DNA from: Candidatus Latescibacterota bacterium | Lineage (GTDB): Bacteria > Latescibacterota > UBA2968 > GCA-2709665 | Assembly: GCA_965219455.1 (NCBI GenBank) | Contig: OZ244744.1 | Span: 672,001-736,000 of the forward strand | Reading direction: 5' to 3' | Length of the DNA stretch: 64,000 bases | Part shown: piece by piece, positions 58,469 through 64,000 of the stretch | Layout: the number at the start of each line of letters is the position of its first letter | How positions within the stretch are numbered: position 1 is the stretch's first letter | Notes under the pieces: generated by a model | What the model was told of the DNA's origin: nothing | Databases searched by the model: none | What the model saw: the letters and a program-made list of their open reading frames with translations, nothing else | Program-made: the position numbers and the translations under genes

Positions 58469-59129
58469 CCTGTCCTCCAGTTTCGCAAATCGCGTTCAGC
58501 ACGCACTGCCCGCACATGGGTCTCGGCAGGCAGACGCGCTTGCCGAGCGCCACGATCAGGGCATGATACTCGTTGTAGACGACCGTGTCCGCTGGCAACG
58601 CGGCCTCGAACCTGCGCTGTACATCATGGTAATCGAGCGCCCGGTCGATCAGTCCCAGACGCCCGAAAACACGCCGCGTATATGCATCCACCACAAAACT
58701 CGGCTTATCGAGCGCATAGAGCAGAATGCAGTCCGCGGTCTCAGGTCCAATGCCCTGTACCGCCAGCAGTTCCTCGCGCAGACGCCCGGTGGGCGCATCC
58801 TTCATCCGGACAACGTCCGCGCCGTACCTGCCAACGAAAAACGCCAGGAACGCCTTCAGCCGCCTCGTTTTTACGCGGAAGGTCCCGGCGGAGCGGATGA
58901 GGGTTTCCATTTCGCAGGCGGGCATATCCAGCATGGTCCGGGCATCGAGCGCCCCGGCGGCCTTGAGCCTTCCCATCGCCCGTTCCACGTTCGTCCAGGC
59001 TGTATTCTGCGTTAATATGGCCCCGACCATCGTTTCGAACGGGGTCTCCGCCGGCCACCAGCCCTGTGGTCCGAAGGCATCCAACAACCGGTCAAAAACC
59101 GGAAGAATCCTGTTCCGTCCGGAGGCCAT
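58455..59129 (-). CDS. HhH-GPD endonuclease III-like DNA glycosylase with 4Fe-4S motif
   Basis: GAILTQNT.W.NV, LLAVQGIGPETAD, VVDAY, C...P.C..C.L...C. Confidence 0.9.
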   Translation of the reverse strand: MASGRNRILPVFDRLLDAFGPQGWWPAETPFETMVGAILTQNTAWTNVERAMGRLKAAGALDARTMLDMPACEMETLIRSAGTFRVKTRRLKAFLAFFVGRYGADVVRMKDAPTGRLREELLAVQGIGPETADCILLYALDKPSFVVDAYTRRVFGRLGLIDRALDYHDVQRRFEAALPADTVVYNEYHALIVALGKRVCLPRPMCGQCVLNAICETGGQDGPV

Positions 59130-59240
59130 AGTAGGCTGAAATCTAACGAATCGACGGATGATGAGCAACCCCTATTCAATTCGAAGGGATGTGCCCGCGC
59201 CATGTCTCGTAAGCCGTCCGCCGGTAGTCTCGAAAAACAG

Positions 59241-59277
59241 AAAAGCGCCCGGACCGTCCTCGCCCGAGCGCCTTTTC
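59241..59277 (-). terminator. Intrinsic terminator-like hairpin downstream of the small ORF
   Basis: aaaagcgcccggac...gcccgagcgcctttt imperfect stem with T-tracts on both strands. Confidence 0.55.
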
Positions 59278-59296
59278 AGCAGACAGTTCGTATGTA

Positions 59297-59425
59297 TCAA
59301 TTCGGGTGGATGTAAAGTTTCTTCCATAGCTGAATGACCCTCAACTGGTGCCGCACCCAGCAGTATCGTTTCAAGATTTCGATGACCTTCAGACGCAACG
59401 CAAATTCACGCAGATCAATGGACAT
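59297..59425 (-). CDS. Putative 42-aa small protein, below the ORF-track cutoff
   Basis: MSIDLREFALRLKVIEILKRYCWVRHQLRVIQLWKKLYIHPN*; AAGGAGG SD just upstream; TTGACT-N17-TATATA upstream; terminator downstream. Confidence 0.65.
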   Translation of the reverse strand: MSIDLREFALRLKVIEILKRYCWVRHQLRVIQLWKKLYIHPN

Positions 59426-59624
59426 TCCGGCCTCCTTCCCAATGCAAATCGTCTCTGTCATATATAAGGATACTGCGGTCGAAAGTCAAGCCGCTCCGGC
59501 GGCGGCGCGTGAAACCTCGGATTGACATTCGCTACCGGCCTTTCCACTTTACACGACTTCTGCGGCAGCCTATATTGAACGACTCTTTAGTTCCATAACT
59601 CAGGTCCCTTCGTGGAGATACACA

Positions 59625-60386
59625 ATGTCTGAAATCAGCCTGAAAGACAAACTGAACGCCGGTGAGGTTGTCCTGGGTCCCTTCGTCAACCTCGCTTCCG
59701 GCGCGCTCATCGAAATCGCCGCGTACGCCGGCTTTGACTTCGTCATCCTGGATACCGAACACGGCCCGCTGGACATCGAGACCACCGAGAATCTCTGCCG
59801 CGTGGCAAAAGGCGCAGGTATTTCCCCCATCGTGCGCGTCCGGGAAAACGACCCGCCCCAGGTGCTCAGAGCGCTGGACATCGGCCCGGAGGGCGTCCAG
59901 GTCCCGCAGATACGCACCCGATCGGACGCTGAATCCCTCGTCGCGGCGGCAAAATACGCGCCACTCGGGATGCGGGGCGTCTCGCCCTACACCCGCGCGG
60001 CGCGGTACTTTTCGGAAGGCGGCCGGATCTTCGAGCGGCTGAACCGGGAATCCATGGTGCTGATCCACGTGGAAGGCGTGGATGGCCTGGAGAACCTGGA
60101 TGCCATCATCGCCGTGCCCGGCCTGGACGTCGTCTTCCTCGGTCCGTACGACCTTTCCCAGTCACTGGGCATACCGGGCCAGGTGAATGACGCCCGGGTG
60201 GTGGACCGGATGCGGGAGGCCACGGTGCGGATCAATCGGGCAGGACTCACCGTGGGCACCTTCGCGGACAGCCCCGACGCGGCCAGACGCTGGATCGACG
60301 CCGGTGTGCGATATATCGCCCTGTCGGTGGACACGGGCATCTACCTTCACGGCTGCCGCGATATGGTCAACAGCGTAAGAGGCTGA
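59625..60386 (+). CDS. HpcH/HpaI aldolase family protein
   Basis: GFDFVILDTEHG, LDIG..GVQVPQI, YAPLGMRG, VEG, FLGPYDLS. Confidence 0.92.
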   Translation: MSEISLKDKLNAGEVVLGPFVNLASGALIEIAAYAGFDFVILDTEHGPLDIETTENLCRVAKGAGISPIVRVRENDPPQVLRALDIGPEGVQVPQIRTRSDAESLVAAAKYAPLGMRGVSPYTRAARYFSEGGRIFERLNRESMVLIHVEGVDGLENLDAIIAVPGLDVVFLGPYDLSQSLGIPGQVNDARVVDRMREATVRINRAGLTVGTFADSPDAARRWIDAGVRYIALSVDTGIYLHGCRDMVNSVRG

Positions 60387-60440
60387 GCGCCGAGCGTGGC
60401 AGAAGCCCGCGGCGTCGAAAAAACCGCGAAAATCAAGACC

Positions 60441-60484
60441 GAATCAAAAAGAGCGCCTCACTTGGGAGGCGCTCTTTTTGATTC
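60441..60484. terminator. Bidirectional intrinsic terminator
   Basis: gaatcaaaaagagcgcctc-acttgg-gaggcgctctttttgattc between convergent genes. Confidence 0.9.
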
Positions 60485-60565
60485 AAATCCACACAAAGCA
60501 AATACGCCAACGCCAATCACAGACTTCGTTCGGCCCCCCCCCCCATACCCGTAGGGGGAAAGGGG

Positions 60566-61984
60566 CTACTCTTCCGGCCAGCCGTCGGGTATTTCGTTGG
60601 CGGTGAGGGCGGCCTGGATCGCGGCAGCCGCATTGCCGGTAACCCAGCCGCTCCAATGGTCGGATTTGGCGCCCAGCCACCAGAGAGCAGCGTCGTTCGT
60701 ACCGGCCTCCGGGTTATCGTGCCGCCAGCGGGCGATTTCTATGTAGAGGTTGATATCGAGGCTCCAGGCCCGCAGCATCTCGACGACGTCCGGGGCCCTG
60801 GCCGGGAGACTGGAATGTACCGCAATCAGGATGGTTGCGTCCTCGTAGGCGCACGCCTTGTCAGTAGCCCAGCACTCGTCGCTGTACTCCGGCTCCTTGA
60901 GGCGTACCAGGTCCAGGAACAACGCCGGATCGTTGGTGCCCCACTGGTAGCCGAGCCAGGGCTCGCGTTTCTCGTAGGCACTGTAAAGGTCGGCGTCCAG
61001 GGCGTCGGCATCCTCGGGGGCGACGATTTGTACGTGGTCGGACAGGCCATAGCCTTCAATCTGGGCCGCATTGATCTCCGCGCAGTCCCAGGTGCTAACG
61101 CACGACATCAGGCGCGCCTTGCCTTCTGACTCCTCGGTCGCGAACAGGCTTTTGAAACGGTCTTCTTTGAGATCTTCTACGCTGTCCAGATCGGGATACT
61201 GCTCCTGGAGATACGCGGGAATGACAAACGCCGACTGCCAGTCGCTGCCAAGACTTGGGCCCACGTTGATCGCTTCCCCGGCGGCTTGAGATTCCGCCCA
61301 GCCTTTGTTCTGGTTGGGCAGCCAAACCTCCATGAAAACATGGGTGTCGCCTCTGCGCAGGCTATCAAACAGAGGCAGCGTGGAGCCGGCGATAAAATCG
61401 GTAGGATAGCCGTAGCCCTTCTCCACGATATACTGGGCAATGCGGTTCTGCAACTGGGCGCTGGCCCAGTCCAGTTCGCTGAAAACGATGGTTTCTTTAG
61501 GCTCTGGCTCTTCAATGACCTCCAGCGCAGATGAGCCTGTCACGCGAGCCTTCCCTCCGATGGGCAAGTCCAGCAACACCTTGTAACCCGCGTTAATCGG
61601 AATGCTGGACCATGTACCGATCCGGGCCTCATCCTTCGAGGCGCGCGCCCGATAATAACCCGTTAGATTGTCCCCCGAAAGCTTCAGTTCTGCCTGGCCG
61701 TTCTCATCGGTTGAAATCGACGCGTCGGCGAACTCCGTGTAATCTGCCGCCCGTCCGGCAATAGACCGTGCGAAATCTACGGATGCACCGGTTACGGGGG
61801 CGCCATCCTGAGACAGGGTGAACATCACGACCGCCTGTAAGGCATCTTGCTGCCCGGCCAGTTTACTCAGCGGCTGTGTGACCTCACCGTCTGTCTCTGC
61901 CTCCTGAAACTGCATCACGCGCTCACCTCCACAACTCCAAATCACACATGTGGCGAGCGCGATCACAACGATACGTATCGACAT
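60566..61984 (-). CDS. Lipoprotein: Ig-like N-terminal domain + glycine betaine/ProX-type substrate-binding domain
   Basis: Lipobox IWS-C; LDWASAQLQN.IA.YIVEKGYG, EVWLPN, CVSTWDC. Confidence 0.85.
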   Translation of the reverse strand: MSIRIVVIALATCVIWSCGGERVMQFQEAETDGEVTQPLSKLAGQQDALQAVVMFTLSQDGAPVTGASVDFARSIAGRAADYTEFADASISTDENGQAELKLSGDNLTGYYRARASKDEARIGTWSSIPINAGYKVLLDLPIGGKARVTGSSALEVIEEPEPKETIVFSELDWASAQLQNRIAQYIVEKGYGYPTDFIAGSTLPLFDSLRRGDTHVFMEVWLPNQNKGWAESQAAGEAINVGPSLGSDWQSAFVIPAYLQEQYPDLDSVEDLKEDRFKSLFATEESEGKARLMSCVSTWDCAEINAAQIEGYGLSDHVQIVAPEDADALDADLYSAYEKREPWLGYQWGTNDPALFLDLVRLKEPEYSDECWATDKACAYEDATILIAVHSSLPARAPDVVEMLRAWSLDINLYIEIARWRHDNPEAGTNDAALWWLGAKSDHWSGWVTGNAAAAIQAALTANEIPDGWPEE

Positions 61985-62157
61985 AACATCCTCCTTATGT
62001 TGGGAGATACAACGGGAACTTGCAGTCGTGGAAATACAGCTGACCTCCCTTCCTTCCTGTGAAAGTGAGACCTGGAGTTATCCGGATTGGTGGACGGTTT
62101 AGGCCTTGGGTGTCAAGCCCATGATTGATGGTACTCTTCGTAGGCCACAGGTGAGGG

Positions 62158-62430
62158 TCAATCCAACGCTTCATCCCTGCAATGTGAATGGTACCACCCC
62201 TCGATGTATTCGATGATTGCCCGCTGCGCGCGTCGGATTGTGTAAGAGCAGCCTCGGTCCGGCACCTGGCATTCTACGGTTGCGAAGAAACCTGCGCGCA
62301 AGGCGGTTGCTAAAGCAGTCGCCGACCGATCTCCCCTGGAGAAACGTACACCGACCTCTTTGCAGCGCAGTCCGAAGGAAAGAGACGTGTACTGCGAGCC
62401 CTGATCGGAATTATGCATAACGTATGTGGG
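62158..62430 (-). mobile_element. IS3-family transposase remnant (C-terminal rve fragment)
   Basis: HNSDQGSQYTSL.FG.RC.E.GVR.S.G, FFATVEC, IIEYIEGWY; degenerate and lacks an N-terminus. Confidence 0.8.
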
Positions 62431-62772
62431 GCGACGCCACCCGCTCCCGCCGCTTGAAGCCAACGCAGCCGGTCGCATTGGCCGGGCCGTAGAAGTTCAT
62501 CGGCATCACAGGACTTCAGTGGCTGTGTTGGGATTTAATTACAATACAAATATAACGGAAAAGTTTCCGTTTGGTAGTGGGGTAGTTTCGATTAAAAACT
62601 GCATAATGGTGGTATGTTGGAGAAAACACCGTTTTTTCGTTCTTCAGTGAGATTGGCTCCGGCGAGGCTGATTTCGGGCTTGAGCTAAAGGCACCGATGG
62701 CGGTAAGAGCACATGTACATCGCCCGGCTGAATCCACGGATGGGCGCAAACCAGTAGTTTGACCGATCCGCC

Positions 62773-62798
62773 GTAGGGGCAACCCTTGTGGTTGCCCT
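62773..62798. repeat. REP-like element, dispersed family copy
   Basis: gtaggggcaacccttgtggttgccct is the exact reverse complement of 2472-2497. Confidence 0.8.
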
Positions 62799-62832
62799 GG
62801 TTTGGGTGGCGGCCTGGCCCGAGAATCCGGCC

Positions 62833-63249
62833 CTAAACCGGTTTCTTGCGGGCCTGTGCAGACAATTTCCTCTCCTGCTCTATCTCCCAGAGTTCGTCCG
62901 ACTTGTCCAACCCGTCCAGGGATTCCATCATCGCTGTGTTCGCCTCTTCCTCAAAGTTTTCGGCCTGTTCGTGCTCCCCGGCCTCCCACTTGTCCGCCGC
63001 AGCCTCCCAGGCTTTAGCTGTATTCTGCGCTTCAAGACAACCCCTCGCAAGGGCTCCCTGAGATTCCAATTCCGCAAGACGCCTGGTGAATTGGCCTTCC
63101 CGCTTTGAATGATCGGCTGCCGCCCGCGCTGCGATTTCCCGCCACGTGACCGCTTCCGATCTGGCCTTCTTGACCGCCGCCAAGTCCGCCGCCGCTGACG
63201 TACGCCCCTTCACCTGGACGTTCCCGTAATTGTTTTTCTCTCCCGTCAT
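62833..63249 (-). CDS. Hypothetical alanine/glutamate-rich helical protein
   Basis: 138-aa ORF with GGGAGG RBS, downstream of a co-oriented ORF. Confidence 0.55.
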   Translation of the reverse strand: MTGEKNNYGNVQVKGRTSAAADLAAVKKARSEAVTWREIAARAAADHSKREGQFTRRLAELESQGALARGCLEAQNTAKAWEAAADKWEAGEHEQAENFEEEANTAMMESLDGLDKSDELWEIEQERKLSAQARKKPV

Positions 63250-63276
63250 GCCTTGCCTCCCCAGGCGCGAAAACCC

Positions 63277-63903
63277 CTATTCGGCTTCCCAATCGGCGAA
63301 ACGCAAAGCGGCCTTTATATTGTTGTCTACATTGACCCACACATGAAAGCGCTTCTCCGGGGCAGCCGCGAGAAACACATCCTCGGGGATCCTGTCTTTC
63401 TTTAAACGAATCTTCTCCATTGGGTGCCAACCGGGAACCACGACATCAATCCAGCCCTGGTTGCGATTGGCGGCCGCCACCCTCACCAGCGTCTTCGACA
63501 GCCTGAAGCTGTTCGCCTTCTCCGCGCTGTATGCCCACTCAGGAACGTCAAGGACAAATTCAACAGGGACGCCTCTTTGCCTGCGATCAAACCAGTACGT
63601 AAAATCAGAAAGATCCTCCGGCACATCCTGCCTGTAACTCTCCCGTGACCCACTCGCGGGCGTCTCGCAGCCGGACCGACGCAAAAAGCAAACCGAAAAA
63701 TCATCCAGCGATACACACACATCCGGAACGACACGATCAAGAGCAGCCAATGCACCCGGGCATTTCTCACAATGCCACGCAATACCGTTCTTTATGTGGT
63801 GCTCCGTAATTCCGAATACTACTCTGCGCAGGTTCACGTCTAACGACCTCCACCCTTTGCGCCAGGACCAAAACGCCGATCCTGGAATTATCGTCGCCGA
63901 CAT
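63277..63903 (-). CDS. Hypothetical protein, possibly phage/mobile-element derived; start uncertain (GTG near 63837 has a GGAGG RBS)
   Basis: ITEHHIKNG...HCEKCPGALA CxxC motif; no recognised family. Confidence 0.5.
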   Translation of the reverse strand: MSATIIPGSAFWSWRKGWRSLDVNLRRVVFGITEHHIKNGIAWHCEKCPGALAALDRVVPDVCVSLDDFSVCFLRRSGCETPASGSRESYRQDVPEDLSDFTYWFDRRQRGVPVEFVLDVPEWAYSAEKANSFRLSKTLVRVAAANRNQGWIDVVVPGWHPMEKIRLKKDRIPEDVFLAAAPEKRFHVWVNVDNNIKAALRFADWEAE

Positions 63904-64000
63904 CGGCGATCATCCTGTGCCGGCGCCTCGCGGCAACTCCTATTCGAATATCTGAGAATAATCTGCGGGCGGCTTCGAACCCCGCAACCGCCTCACATCT

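Noticed and set aside
46608-58900. Long antisense ORFs 46608-47993, 56589-57947 and 57881-58900
   Set aside because: They overlap well-supported genes on the opposite strand

Overview
GC-rich bacterial genomic window with four parts. (1) 1-8.6 kb: accessory genes (VOC, AraC, MBL-fold, SPFH, SAM methyltransferase, NUDIX, ABC exporter) with GTAG-type REP palindromes. Two genes have duplicated 5' ends. (2) About 9.5-45 kb: a co-oriented minus-strand array of secreted modular proteins. Ten genes carry a duplicated DFDGDG.VGF.DF EF-hand (dockerin-like) module, and five of these also have an N-terminal cohesin-like domain. Their payloads are plant-type LRRs, WD40, YWTD propellers, up to 17 CARDB-like repeats and metzincin proteases. 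Interspersed are two identical copies and two decayed copies of a 269-aa protein with signal peptide, cohesin-like domain and FlgD-Ig/T9SS-type C-terminal domain. It is the only protein here with such a sorting tail. I interpret this as a possible non-cellulolytic cohesin-dockerin surface-display system undergoing domain shuffling. (3) 45-60.4 kb: vapBC, an OMP, enolase-family dehydratase, GT2/radical SAM/GT2, DmpA peptidase, SSS transporter, larB, dusB, HhH-GPD glycosylase, an unannotated 42-aa gene and an aldolase. (4) 60.5-64 kb: orphan betaine-binding lipoprotein, IS3 remnant and phage-like hypotheticals. The domain content resembles FCB-superphylum marine invertebrate (sponge) symbionts, which is an inference. 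All domain calls come from motif reading by eye; no database searches were run.
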